Origin: Yuukianura sp. NJ FZ-2021
Lineage: Eukaryota
Direction: 5' to 3'
Length of the DNA: 64,000 nucleotides
Assembly (NCBI GenBank): GCA_046563655.1
Contig: CM102290.1
Location: forward strand, 6,138,001 to 6,202,000
Shown here: positions 30,001 to 42,414 of the stretch, one piece after another
How the letters are laid out: each line of letters opens with the position of its first letter
Position numbering within the stretch: position 1 is the first letter of the stretch
Notes under the pieces: model-generated
Seen by the model: the letters and a program-made list of their open reading frames with translations, nothing else
Database searches by the model: none
Told to the model about the DNA's origin: nothing
Translations under genes and position numbers: made by a program

Positions 30001-32768
30001 ATAATGTCTATTCACATAGTGAGCACAAGCAATTATGTTAGCCTATTTTTACCTAGCTTTAACACTACGAAGCTAAACCGTAAGTTTACAGAAATGTGAC
30101 CGCCTTCCTGCATTCTTAATAAAAACAAAATAATAAATGTTCTAGAAAGCTACAAGTGCCTGTTCTGACAAGAGAAACGGCTTTAGGCCGTTGCTCAGGG
30201 TGCTCGTGCTTCAGCTTAAGCTAATAAAACTTTTGACACGTAAGAAATGTTTCTGTAACAAGCTAGCGTGAACGCTGTGTAGAAACACTGAGGAGTTAGT
30301 TCGAACACGGTACCGGGTTTCTACAATTTGGAACACTAGACAAATCTTTTCAAGTGTCGAGAACTTTACTCAGAATCAAATCAGTCCAGTCAGATTTGGA
30401 ATTAGTACTAGAACGAAGCTAAAAGTGTAAAGAAACGAACTCTGTCAAGTCAAACTGAAAAAGAAAGAAAAATTGCTACTAGATGTTTTCATAATTCTGA
30501 ACTTACATATATTTGTTTACAACGTTAGAGCTGAAACTTCTAATAGTTCTCGCCCTACTTACCCATAATGTCTATTCACATAGTGAGCACAAGCAATTAT
30601 GTTAGCCTATTTTTACCTAACTTTAACACTACGAAGCTAAACCGTAAGTTTACAACAAGTGACCGCCTTCCTGCATTCTTAATAAAAACAAAATAATAAA
30701 TGTTCTAAAAAGCTACAACTGCCTGTTCTGACAAGAGAAATAAACTTTAGGCCGTTGCTCAGGGTGCTCGTGCTTCAGCTTAAGCTAATAAAACCTTTGA
30801 CACGTAAGAAATGTTTCTGTAACAAGCTAGCGTGAACGCTGTGTAGAAACACTGAGGAGTTAGTTCGAACACGGTACCGGGTTTCTACAATTTGGAACAC
30901 TAGACAAATCTTTTCAAGTGTCGAGAACTTTACTCAGAATCAAATCAGTCCAGTCAGATTTGGAATTAGTACTAGAACGAAGCTAAAAGAGTAAAGAAAC
31001 GAACTCTGTCAAGTCAAACTGAAAAAGAAAGAAAAATTGCTACTAGATGTTTTCATAATTCTGAACTTACATATATTTGTTTACAACGTTAGAGCTGAAA
31101 CTTCTAATAGTTCTCGCCCTACTTACCCATAATGTCTATTCACATAGTGAGCACAAGCAATTATGTTAGCCTATTTTTACCTAGCTTTAACACTACGAAG
31201 CTAAACCGTAAGTTTACAGAAATGTGACCGCCTTCCTGCATTCTTAATAAAAACAAAATAATAAATGTTCTAGAAAGCTACAACTGCCTGTTCTGACAAG
31301 AGAAATAAACTTTAGGCCGTTGCTCAGGGTGCTCGTGCTTCAGCTTAAGCTAATAAAACTTTTGACACGTAAGAAATGTTTCTGTAACAAGCTAGCGTGA
31401 ACGCTGTGTAGAAACACTGAGGAGTTAGTTCGAACACGGTACCGGGTTTCTACAATTTGGAACACTAGACAAATCTTTTCAAGTGTCGAGAACTTTACTC
31501 AGAATCAAATCAGTCCAGTCAGATTTGGAATTAGTACTAGAACGAAGCTAAAAGTGTAAAGAAACGAACTCTGTCAAGTCAAACTGAAAAAGAAAGAAAA
31601 ATTGCTACTAGATGTTTTCATAATTCTGAACTTACATATATTTGTTTACAACGTTAGAGCTGAAACTTCTAATAGTTCTCGCCCTACTTACCCATAATGT
31701 CTATTCACATAGTGAGCACAAGCAATTATGTTAGCCTATTTTTACCTAACTTTAACACTACGAAGCTAAACCGTAAGTTTACAACAAGTGACCGCCTTCC
31801 TGCATTCTTAATAAAAACAAAATAATAAATGTTCTAAAAAGCTACAACTGCCTGTTCTGACAAGAGAAATAAACTTTAGGCCGTTGCTCAGGGTGCTCGT
31901 GCTTCAGCTTAAGCTAATAAAACCTTTGACACGTAAGAAATGTTTCTGTAACAAGCTAGCGTGAACGCTGTGTAGAAACACTGAGGAGTTAGTTCGAACA
32001 CGGTACCGGGTTTCTACAATTTGGAACACTAGACAAATCTTTTCAAGTATCGAAAACTTTACTCAGAATCAAATCAGTCCAGTCAGATTTGGAATTAGTA
32101 CTAGAACGAAGCTAAAAGAGTAAAGAAACGAACTCTGTCAAGTCAAACTGAAAAAGAAAGAAAAATTGCTACTAGATGTTATCATAATTCTGAACTTACA
32201 TATATTTGTTTACAACGTTAGAGCTGAAACTTCTAATAGTTCTCGCCCTACTTACCCATAATGTCTATTCACATAGTGAGCACAAGCAATTATGTTAGCC
32301 TATTTTTACCTAGCTTTAACACTACGAAGCTAAACCGTAAGTTTACAGAAATGTGACCGCCTTCCTGCATTCTTAATAAAAACAAAATAATAAATGTTCT
32401 AGAAAGCTACAACTGCCTGTTCTGACAAGAGAAATAAACTTTAGGCCGTTGCTCAGGGTGCTCGTGCTTTAGCTTAAGCTAATAAAACTTTTGACACGTA
32501 AGAAATGTTTCTGTAACAAGCTAGCGTGAACGCTGTGTAGAAACACTGAGGAGTTAGTTCGAACACGGTACCGGGTTTCTACAATTTGGAACACTAGACA
32601 AATCTTTTCAAGTGTCGAGAACTTTACTCAGAATCAAATCAGTCCAGTCAGATTTGGAATTAGTACTAGAACGACGCTAAAAGTGTAAAGAAACGAACTC
32701 TGTCAAGTCAAACTGAAAAAGAAAGAAAAATTGCTACTAGATGTTTTCATAATTCTGAACTTACATAT
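1..32768. repeat. Satellite A: head-to-tail tandem array of a ~564-bp AT-rich monomer, ~58 copies, continuing off the left edge
   Basis: CGAAGCTAAAAG[T/A/G]GTAAAGAAAC recurs at 1, 566 and onward with a 563-566-bp period. Copies differ at only a few recurrent diagnostic sites. The array ends abruptly after ...CTGAACTTACATAT at 32768. Confidence 0.98.
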
Positions 32769-32812
32769 TAGTCTTCTGGAGACGCACGTCTACGACGTGC
32801 TGAAGAAGACTA
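32769..32812 (+). other. Helentron 5' terminal structure: 11-bp subTIR and nested palindrome
   Basis: TAGTCTTCT/AGAAGACTA (9-bp inverted repeat) encloses GCACGTC/GACGTGC (7-bp stem, 3-nt loop). An identical sequence starts the element at 46676. Confidence 0.9.
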
Positions 32813-33661
32813 TTGATACGACTTTGTCTGTCTGTCTGTCCGTAACGTTTTTTAGGAGAATTTGCGCTCAAACATTACCTCCATTATTGACGGGGTGTCT
32901 TGTATCGCTTAAGTGTTTTCATTAGGTCTACATTGCACTTAAAGTCGTACATTAACAACGTAGAATTGGGCGGCTACTTTACGTACCCGCAGTATCGTGG
33001 CTCCGCAAAACAGTTTTGGTTTCGATTGCACTCAAAGTATTTATAAACAACGGAGTTTTGATCTGGTCATTTTCTGGCAGTATGTTTAGTTACGTTGTTA
33101 ATTTAAGACTGATTAGAGGATAGAAAATCCGGCTTAAATTGGTAACATGTAAACATGACAGGGTTAAAATTTGACCTTTGCAAGAAATTTTTATAATTTT
33201 GATTTTAACAAGCGATATTCGACTCTATTACTTATGCACTTGATTTAACAGGTGGTACATTTATTTGAACCAAAAAAAATTTGTGCATACTTGGGAACAA
33301 TTGTGTTATTACACCCTACATAATTGTGCGTCAAAATAATTTTTAAACTCTATTCTGAGGCAGCTTGATTAACGCTGTGTTCATTATTATTTTGTCATGG
33401 CAATGGACACTGCTGTCACATGTTGTTTAGTCAATTGTTTATTGCTGTCAACCATGTCTAAAAATTTTTTATCATTTTGAATTTAAACAAACAATATTCG
33501 ACCCCTCAACCTAGACCTACAATTTTGTTCCAATACAGTCTACTTAAAGATACCCTTGACAATTCTTTGACTCTCATTCAAGTGTATAATTTAATTCTTA
33601 GTATTCAGTTCTATTTTGAGTGCATAATATTAATTTTATATAAAAGTTTATTTATCTTCGG

Positions 33662-33729
33662 GTAAGTATGTTTTTGATCTCATGTTGTACTCAAAGTATG
33701 CTCAATTACATTTCACTTCATTATTTCAG
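33662..33729 (+). other. Probable 68-bp 5'-UTR (or upstream-exon) intron of the RepHel gene
   Basis: G|GTAAGTATG donor at 33662 and TTATTTCAG acceptor ending at 33729, 8 nt before the ATG at 33738. Confidence 0.55.
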
Positions 33730-33737
33730 ATAGAATT

Positions 33738-36700
33738 ATGTCAAATCAACAGCAGCGCGCCAGGGCAAGGAACCGTTTGCAGTTATTTCGAGAGAATGAA
33801 TCTCGGCGTCAAGGAGAACAGGATAATAATACTACAGCACGTCGCTTAGCTCGCGAGAACGAAGATTATCGCGAAGTTGAACAAGCTCGTGATTCCGATG
33901 CTCATCGAAATGCTAGATTGAACGATGATCGCCGTAGGGAAGAACAAGCTCGTGACTCCGAATCTCATCGAAATGCTAGATTGGACGATGACCGCCGTCG
34001 GCAAGAACAAGCTGGTGACTCCGACGCTCATCGCAAGTTTCGTGCTCAGTTTCAAGATCGAACCTGGGAGTCCGTCGTTGAGTTGTTCGAAGCCAGCTGC
34101 AGAGAAGATCCCTCGAACACTTGTCTCTGCTGCGGTGGTCTGTGGTTTAAGAAATCAATTAAGCACCTACGACGCTCAGATTGTGCTCTATGTGATGAAG
34201 ACTTTCTGAACATTGCGTTTTCCAATAATGACCTGGAAGGAGGCTTTTGTATCACATGTTATGCGGCGGTGAAATCTGGTCGTAGCTCTCGGCTAGCTTT
34301 GACCAATGGTCTCCAATTCCCCTCTGTACCAACTGAAGTATCGTCGTTGACCCGGTTGGAATCCCGTTTAGTTTCACCATACCATGTTTTCCAGGCAATT
34401 TGGGCTGTACAAGGACCGCAAGGTAACTTAAAACCTATTTTATTATTGTATACTTTAACAAAGTTTGTCATTTTAAGGTCAACTGAAGACCAAGGGACGG
34501 ATTGTGAATGTTCCAGTTTCCGTCACAAACATTGTTCAGAGTCTACCGCGGCTTCCGTCCGACGATTCGGTTCTACACTTACGTCTCGCTCGGCAAATGG
34601 TGGAACGAAATTACACTTCCGGCAATATACGTCCACAAAAAGTTCTTCAGGCTGCTGAGGTTCTCTGCCAATCTCCGTTGTATTGCTATCATGGCGTATC
34701 ACTTTCGCGCTCCTGGCTGGCGGATTCCCAACAAAGGTTGACTTCTATGAACTCTACCTTAGAGAGTCAGCTTGAAAACTCTCTTAAAATCACGAGCGAA
34801 GAAAATCCGGACGCTGAAATCCAAGACTCTGCAGGAGGTGAAACGATGCTCACAGATGCCTCGGGGCTTCGGATGGCCCCAGCCGAGGGAAATCGCCCTG
34901 TTTCTGTGCTTCTAGATGACGATGCTATATTTCTGGCATTTCCTCAGTTGTTTGGCGGACAAAGGCTAAATCCGATGTATGCTGGCAAAAAAATCTCAAG
35001 AGCTGACATGTTTAAATCGTTTGCTAGGAACAAAGACCGAAGAGCGGCTGAGTCAGTAGATTTTCTCTTGTACATGGCAAAGACGCTGGAAATTGCAAGG
35101 ATTACAAGTAATCGCACCATTCATTTGAGGAAAAGACGAATCAATGGTGAGCTTATAATTCCAACCGCTGGACAAGTCTTGCACCAGACTTACGTTGATG
35201 GCCTCATCAGGGACGATAATGCTTATAAAGTTCTCGTTGGGATCCGAAACGCAGGCACTCATTGGAAGAACGAGGGGAACAAAGCTCGTGCCATGATTCG
35301 AACCTTTGGAATTGCTACTTTGTTTGTGACCATTAGTGCTGCAGAGTTGAAGTGGAACGAGCTCCTGGTGTTGTTGAAAAAAATTCTGGATGGCGTCGAA
35401 ATTTCTGAAGAGGAAGCCGAGCAGTTACCGAATTCTGAAAAGGCGCTTCTCATTCAACGCGACCCGATTACTTGCGCGCGTTATTTTGACAACCGTTACT
35501 CCGCGCTGAAGGCAACTTACCGCTCCCGAAATGGTCCTTTTGGTTGTCACGAAATTCGCCACTTTTATGAGAGAGTAGAGTTCCAGCACCGGGAAAGTCC
35601 TCATGTCCATGCCATGTACTGGCTATCTGACGCACCAATTTTCAACTCGGAGAAGGCTTCTTATGATGAGATAACGACTTTTATTGACAGTATGATAACA
35701 TGTCGTACAGACTACCCTCCGGAAGATCCAATCACTGGTCTACTATCTCTCCAGACTCATCGCCATACACACACTTGCTACAAGCGAACACACAAAGGAG
35801 TCAAATGTCGTTTTGGAATACCCTTCTTCCCGATGGATCGTACCCGCATCCTGTCGCCACTACATGAACCAGAGGATCTAAAAGAACTTCATGTAACACA
35901 CAAAGCAGTTCGGGAATTATTGGAGAGTCACATTCCCGACTCGGGGAGGTCGTTTGAAAAATTTCTAGCAGGAATTAGTTGCGATCTTGCTATGTATTTA
36001 CGAGTTATTCAATCGAAGCTGAAGAAACCTCATGTGTATCTCAAGAGAAGCCCGTGTGATATATACATTAACCCCTACAATGAGAAGATTTTACGGCTAC
36101 AAAAGTCCAACATGGACATTCAATTTATTCTGGATCCATACGCATGCTGCAGTTACATCGTCGACTACATCAATAAGAGCAATCGAGGGCTTTTGGAACT
36201 ATTGAGGAGCGTTGTTGAGGAAGTGAGGAAGGGAAATGTACCTCTGAAAGACAGTTTACAGACGATTGGAGCAGCCCATAACCTCAACAGCGAACTTTCG
36301 GCACAGGAAGCTGCTTACAACGTTCTACAAATGCCAATGAGTTACTCTTCGGAAAAGTGTGTTTTTGTTCAGACTGGTCCCGCCGGCCACCGTACTAGAA
36401 TGTTGAAACCAAAAGCCGATCTATCCCAAATGGGCGCAGAAGATCAAAACATCTTTTTCGCAAGTCCAACTGATCACTACGCTCAACGCCCAATTGCATT
36501 GGAGTCCCTGAATCTGGCACAATTCTCGGCTTGGTTTGAGTATTCTAAAACTTTGAGGCGACAACTTGTTGTACCAGACGAAGAAAATGGGGCACCTGCT
36601 GAAGAAGAAACGGGAACTGAAGTTTACAAATTGCGAGACGGTTCTGGGTATGTACGGAAGCGAAAATTTGCCAAGGTCATCCGGTTTGTTGGCAAGGAAA

Positions 36701-38529
36701 AAGATCCATACAACTTCTACCGTGAACTCTTAATGCTTTATAAGCCGTGGCGAAACGAAGAGGAGGAGTGTGGGGAAGATATGGACTGTCAGACCATTGT
36801 AGCAAAAAACTTAGAATTGATTACCAGGAACAGACAAGAATTTAATTTTTTTGAAGACTCAATACTTGACTCTGCCATGGAGGAAGTCCTTGCGAGGCCG
36901 CCAGAAAATGATGATAACTTGGATGACAACCAACCTTCGGCCGATGAGCTGCGTGAGTATCAACTGGAAGATGTGTCTAGTGCCAATGCCGTGGATTTCG
37001 GTTCCTACGAAAGACGACCTTTTGCTGAATCGTTCAAAAATCCACAGTTGGTTTCCAATGATGATTACTACCATCTTCTGGCTACCCTTAACGATGAACA
37101 AAGGGATTTCGTGTATCACGCTTTTGACCAAGTGAAGCGGCACGAGAATACACCGTTTCAGATCTACTTGAAGGAGGAGCAGGTGTCGGGAAATCCCATG
37201 TTATCAAAACGTTGCAACAAGGACTAGTCAGAGTTTATTGCTCTGATGTCAACCGAAATCCAGATAAAATTTATGTTCTACTAGTGGCTCCTACCGGCAA
37301 GGCCGCTTTCAACATTGGAGGCTCAACACTTCATACGGCGTTTCAGCTGCCAGTTAATCAGCGTGAAGCCGGTTCACTTTCTGCAGATGTGTCAAACACG
37401 ATGGCTGCTACTTATTCAGAACTGAAGGTCTAACTTTCGTTTCTATATTTTTCAATGTTAAATGAGACCTGAATGAGAACTGAAATTAATGATTTTCAGA
37501 TCGTCATTTGTGACGAAATTAGCATGGTGGGCGAACATTTGCTGGAACAAGTAGATAAACGCCTCAGAGATTTGTTTAATCCATGCGCGCCTTTTGGGGG
37601 AATCTCTTTCATTGCTGTAGGAGATTTCTATCAGCTACCACCGGTTCTGGCTGTACCGTTAACACATGAAACAATGAGCAACTCTATCTCGTCATTATTC
37701 CATCGACCGCTCTGGCATCACTTTCTTGTGCATGAATTGACCACGGTAATGCGCCAAAGTGAAGATATCGCCTTTGCTGTGGCTCTGAACAACATGGCGA
37801 GAGGAGTGATGACTGAATCAGACATGACACTGATGCGAAGCCGCTGCTTCGACAATCTACCATCGGAAGTTGCCGAACTGAGACCTATACACTTCTTTCA
37901 GACGAATGCTGCAGTGACCGCGTTCAACGACATGTTCCTTCAGCAGATGCAGGGGGAACTGATCCTCAGCAGAGCTACCGATACTGCTCGTGGTGATGTC
38001 CCTCAGACGTCAAAAGTCCGTCTTCTGCAAAGGTTTCAGACGAAACCGCTGAACGAAACAATGGGCCTTCCACTCGAGCTACAACTGAAAATTAACGCAA
38101 GATATATGATGACAGCTAACGTGGACTGTTCCGATGGATTAGTGAATGGGGTGACAGGCATTCTACGACGAATTGACATTGGTGTCGCGGTACAAGATCC
38201 GAACGATCGTATCCCTCTTCGACTGTGGGTAGAATTTGAAGATCCACGTAGCGGACAACAATTGCGCCGCCGGTATGAGTCAATTATAGAAAATTTGGGC
38301 ATAGAAAAAAGTTGGACTCCAGTAGAACTCCTTACACAAGAGATGCACCAGAAAAATGTCAGTATCAAGATTACAAGAAACCAGTTTCCACTTGTTACTG
38401 CAGAAGCGATCACCATTCATAAAAGCCAAGGAATCACGTGTAAAGCGTAAGTATATCATTACTATTTCAAGTGTACAATTGTAATAACATCACTCTACAT
38501 TGCTTAGCGCCGTGCTCCACATAATTTAA
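33738..38529 (+). pseudogene. Helentron Rep (HUH endonuclease)-PIF1-family helicase, spliced: exons 33738-34422, 34478-37427, 37500-38446, 38508-38529. One-base frameshift at ~37173; C-terminus lost.
   Basis: Rep motifs FVTISAAE, YERVEFQHRESPHVH (HUH) and YACCSYIVDYINK. N-terminal CxxC...CxxC and GQLKTKGRIVNVP. Helicase motifs GGAGVGKS (frameshifted here, intact in the duplicate), APTGKAA, IVICDEISM, GDFYQLPPV, MRQ, DGLVNG and TIHKSQG. GT-AG introns 34423-34477, 37428-37499 and 38447-38507 each rejoin the frame (PQG|QLK, SELK|IVICDE, TCKA|AVLH). Confidence 0.9.
33879..34035 (+). repeat. 63-bp (21-aa) coding tandem repeat, ~2.5 copies, in the RepHel N-terminus
   Basis: GAACAAGCT at 33879, 33942 and 34005; peptide EQARDSxxHRNARLxDDRRRx. 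Confidence 0.9.
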
Positions 38530-39925
38530 GTCGTTTTGCGTCAAAATGGTGCTCGACATTGCCCTGGCTGCCGTATACCAACCCAAGATAAAATCCGAGA
38601 CAGAGCGGTTCATCCAGACTTTTAAGTACACGCTAACCGGATTTAATTGCGATATATCCACGATAATTAAACTTGGGTTCCTGTAGTACTTTTCAGGAGG
38701 ATTTCAGAAAAGTAACTCATTTTCACCCGGCATTGCTACGCGTGGGAGTTTTTCGAATGATTTGTTTTGAAATAAATTTTCATAAAATAAAGTCACGAGA
38801 TGAGGGACGACACAGCAAGTGAAAGTGGGTTCCTGTAGCCCTTTTTATGAGGATTTCAAAAATATAGTTGACTTTTACCCAGCATCGTGCCGGAATGCAT
38901 TTGTTTTGAATTCTTTGTTTTGAAACATAATTTTTCATAAATAAAGGTAACAAGATGAGGGACGACACAGCAAGTGAAAGTGGGTTCCTGTAGCCCTTTT
39001 TATGAGGATTTCAAAAATATAGTTGACTTTTACCCAGCATCGTTCCGGAATGCATTTCTTTTGAATTCTTTGTTTTGAAACATGAATTTTCATAAATAAA
39101 GGTAACAAGATGAGGGACGACACAGCAAGTGAAATTGGATTCCTGTAGCACTTTTTATGAGGATTTCAAAAATGTAATTTACTTTCTGTTCATTCTCACA
39201 TTTGCATGTTCATTCTCACAAATTTAAGTCGTTTTGCGTCAAAATTGTGCTCGACATTGCCCTGGGTGCCGTATACCAACCCAAGATAAAATCCGAGACA
39301 GAGCGGTTCATCCAGACTTTTAAGTACACGCTAACCGGATTTAATTGCGATATATCCACGATAATTAAACTTGGGTTCCTGTAGTACTTTTCAGGAGGAT
39401 TTCAGAAAAGTAACTCATTTTCACCCGGCATTGCTACGCGTGGGAGTTTTTCGAATGATTTGTTTTGAAATAAATTTTCATAAAATAAAGTCACGAGATG
39501 AGGGACGACACAGCAAGTGAAAGTGGGTTCCTGTAGCCCTTTTTATGAGGATTTCAAAAATATAGTTGACTTTTACCCAGCATCGTTCCGGAATGCATTT
39601 CTTTTGAATTCTTTGTTTTGAAACATGATTTTTCATAAATAAAGGTAACAAGATGAGGGACGACACAGCAAGTGAAAGTGGGTTCCTGTAACACTTTTTG
39701 TGAGGATTTCAAAAATGTAATTTACTTTCTGTTCATTCTCACATTTGCATGTTCATTCTCACAAATTTAAGTCGTTTTGCGTCAAAATGGTGCTCGACAT
39801 TGCCCTGGGTGCCGTATACCAACCCAAGATAAAATTCGACACAGAGCGGTTCATCCAGACTTTTAAGTACACGCTAACCGGATTTAATTGCGATATATCC
39901 ACGATAATTAAACTTGGGTTCCTGT
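38523..39925. repeat. Satellite B, first segment (543/698-bp units built from ~155-bp subunits)
   Basis: The subunit start motif GGGTTCCTGTAG or a variant occurs at 38675, 38827, 38982, 39137 and 39373 (spacings 152, 155, 155, 236). Confidence 0.95.
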
Positions 39926-40421
39926 CAGAGATGGGAATGGGACCCTGTACCCAACTGGGGCCCTGTTGCTCACCCTGTTCAACTGGGTATTGGGCGAGCG
40001 AGCAGAAAATTGAGTTGGGCGTGGGCGAGCGAGCTTTTCACTTGAGTTTAGTGCACAGGGAGGGTATTTTGAGGAAGACGAAATGGGGCCCAACTCAAAT
40101 ATTTTGCCCAACTGGCTGTTGATTTCTGAAATCCTATTCCAATTTCTCGGAAGGAGATTCGCGGCGCCAAGTATAAACTGTTAAAAGTTATTCACTTCTC
40201 TTCTCTGCTTGTATCTAACAGCAGATGAAGGAGTTTTTCCACCACCGGAACCATTTAAAATGTAAAAATACATAGCTGACCGAGCGGCTCTTCATTAAGT
40301 AGTGTTACTTTCATTCACAACAATACCTAAATATCGGATGTTCCGAAGTTAGTTCATTTCTCTGCACAAAACAAATAAACTCCAAACACTCAAAGGTAGG
40401 AGATGAAATATGCAGTGGAGC
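39926..40421. mobile_element. Left ~496 bp of the hAT-like MITE, truncated by the duplication breakpoint
   Basis: Starts CAGAGATGGGAATGGG after GTTCCTGT and is near-identical to 43811-44307. It diverges after GTGGAGC. Confidence 0.9.
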
Positions 40422-40476
40422 TGCCAGAAAATGACCAGATCAAAACTCCGTTGTTTATAAATATTTTGAGTATAAT
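40421..40476 (-). other. Inverted filler DNA templated from the Helentron 5' non-coding region
   Basis: 40421-40463 is the exact reverse complement of 33038-33080 (43/43). The next 13 nt continue the match imperfectly. Confidence 0.92.
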
Positions 40477-40477
40477 T

Positions 40478-42414
40478 TGCTGAAGAAGAAGAAACGGGAA
40501 CTGAAGTTTACAAATTGCGAGATGGTTCTGGGTATGTACGGAAGCGAAAATTTGCCAAGGTCATCCGGTTTGTTGGCAAGGAAAAAGATCCATACAACTT
40601 CTACCGTGAACTCTTAATGCTTTATAAGCCGTGGCGAAACGAAGAGGAGGAGTGTGGGGAAGATATGGACTGTCAGACCATTGTAGCAAAAAACTTAGAA
40701 TTGATTACCAGGAACAGACAAGAATTTAATTTTTTTGAAGACTCAATACTTGACTCTGCCATGGAGGAAGTCCTTGCGATGCCGCCAGAAAATGATGATA
40801 ACTTGGATGACAACCAACCTTCGGCCGATGAGCTGCGTGAGTATCAACTGGAAGATGTGTCTAGTGCCAATGCCGTGGATTTCGGTTCCTACGAAAGACG
40901 TCCTTTTGCTGAATCGTTCAAAAATCCACAGTTGGTTTCCAATGATGATTACTACCATCTTCTGGCTACCCTTAACGATGAACAAAGGGATTTCGTGTAT
41001 CACGCTTTTGACCAAGTGAAGCGGCACGAGAATACACCGTTTCAGATCTACTTGAAGGGAGGAGCAGGTGTCGGGAAATCCCATGTTATCAAAACGTTGC
41101 AACAAGGACTAGTCAGAGTTTATTGCTCTGATGTCAACCGAAATCCAGATAAAATTTATGTTCTACTAGTGGCTCCTACCGGCAAGGCCGCTTTCAACAT
41201 TGGAGGCTCAACACTTCATACGGCGTTTCAGCTGCCAGTTAATCAGCGTGAAGCCGGTTCACTTTCTGCAGATGTGTCAAACACGATGGCTGCTACTTAT
41301 TCAGAACTGAAGGTCTAACTTTCGTTTCTATATTTTTCAATGTTAAATGAGATTTGAATGAGAACTGAAATTAATGATTTTCAGATCGTCATTTGTGACG
41401 AAATTAGCATGGTGGGCGAACATTTGCTGGAACAAGTAGATAAACGCCTCAGAGATTTGTTTAATCCATGCGCGCCTTTTGGGGGAATCTCTTTCATTGC
41501 TGTAGGAGATTTCTATCAGCTACCACCGGTTCTGGCTGTACCGTTAACACATGAAACAATGAGCAACTCTATCTCGTCATTATTCCATCGACCGCTCTGG
41601 CATCACTTTCTTGTGCATGAATTGACCACGGTAATGCGCCAAAGTGAAGATATCGCCTTTGCTGTGGCTCTGAACAACATGGCGAGAGGAGTGATGACTG
41701 AATCAGACATGACACTGATGCGAAGCCGCTGCTTCGACAATCTACCATCGGAAGTTGCCGAACTGAGACCTATACACTTCTTTCAGACGAATGCTGCAGT
41801 GACCGCGTTCAACGACATGTTCCTTCAGCAGATGCAGGGGGAACTGATCCTCAGCAGAGCTACCGATACTGCTCGTGGTGATGTCCCTCAGACGTCAAAA
41901 GTCCGTCTTCTGCAAAGGTTTCAGACGAAACCGCTGAACGAAACAATGGGCCTTCCACTCGAGCTACAACTGAAAATTAACGCAAGATATATGATGACAG
42001 CTAACGTGGACTGTTCCGATGGATTAGTGAATGGGGTGACAGGCATTCTACGACGAATTGACATTGGTGTCGCGGTACAAGATCCGAACGATCGTATCCC
42101 TCTTCGACTGTGGGTAGAATTTGAAGATCCACGTAGCGGACAACAATTGCGCCGCCGGTATGAGTCAATTATAGAAAATTTGGGCATAGAAAAAAGTTGG
42201 ACTCCAGTAGAACTCCTTACACAAGAGATGCACCAGAAAAATGTCAGTATCAAGATTACAAGAAACCAGTTTCCACTTGTTACTGCAGAAGCGATCACCA
42301 TTCATAAAAGCCAAGGAATCACGTGTAAAGCGTAAGTATATCATTACTATTTCAAGTGTACAATTGTAATAACATCACTCTACATTCCTTAGCGCCGTGC
42401 TCCACATAATTTAA
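40478..42414 (+). pseudogene. Duplicated 3' half of the RepHel gene (PIF1 helicase with intact Walker A, no Rep domain, same C-terminal truncation)
   Basis: ORFs 40515-41318 and 41358-42335 join through intron 41313-41384; a further intron lies at 42332-42392. GGAGVGKS is in frame. Confidence 0.9.

Larger units (their letters stand above)
32769..38529 (+). mobile_element. Helentron (Helitron2/Helentron group) rolling-circle transposon, autonomous-type, 3'-truncated
   Basis: The left end has subTIR GTCTTCTGGAG (32771-32781), the inverted repeat TAGTCTTCT...AGAAGACTA around a GCACGTC-tac-GACGTGC hairpin, and then (GTCT)n/GTCC. A Rep-helicase gene follows. No right end (CTCCAGAAGAC plus hairpin) is attached; the element runs into satellite B. 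Confidence 0.92.

Noticed and set aside
37473..38450. Stand-alone host PIF1 helicase gene
   Set aside because: Its ATG lies in an intron. It splices to the HUH Rep region and lies inside transposon termini.
33846..42301. Antisense and alternative-frame ORFs overlapping RepHel
   Set aside because: They are shadow ORFs of the real coding frame.
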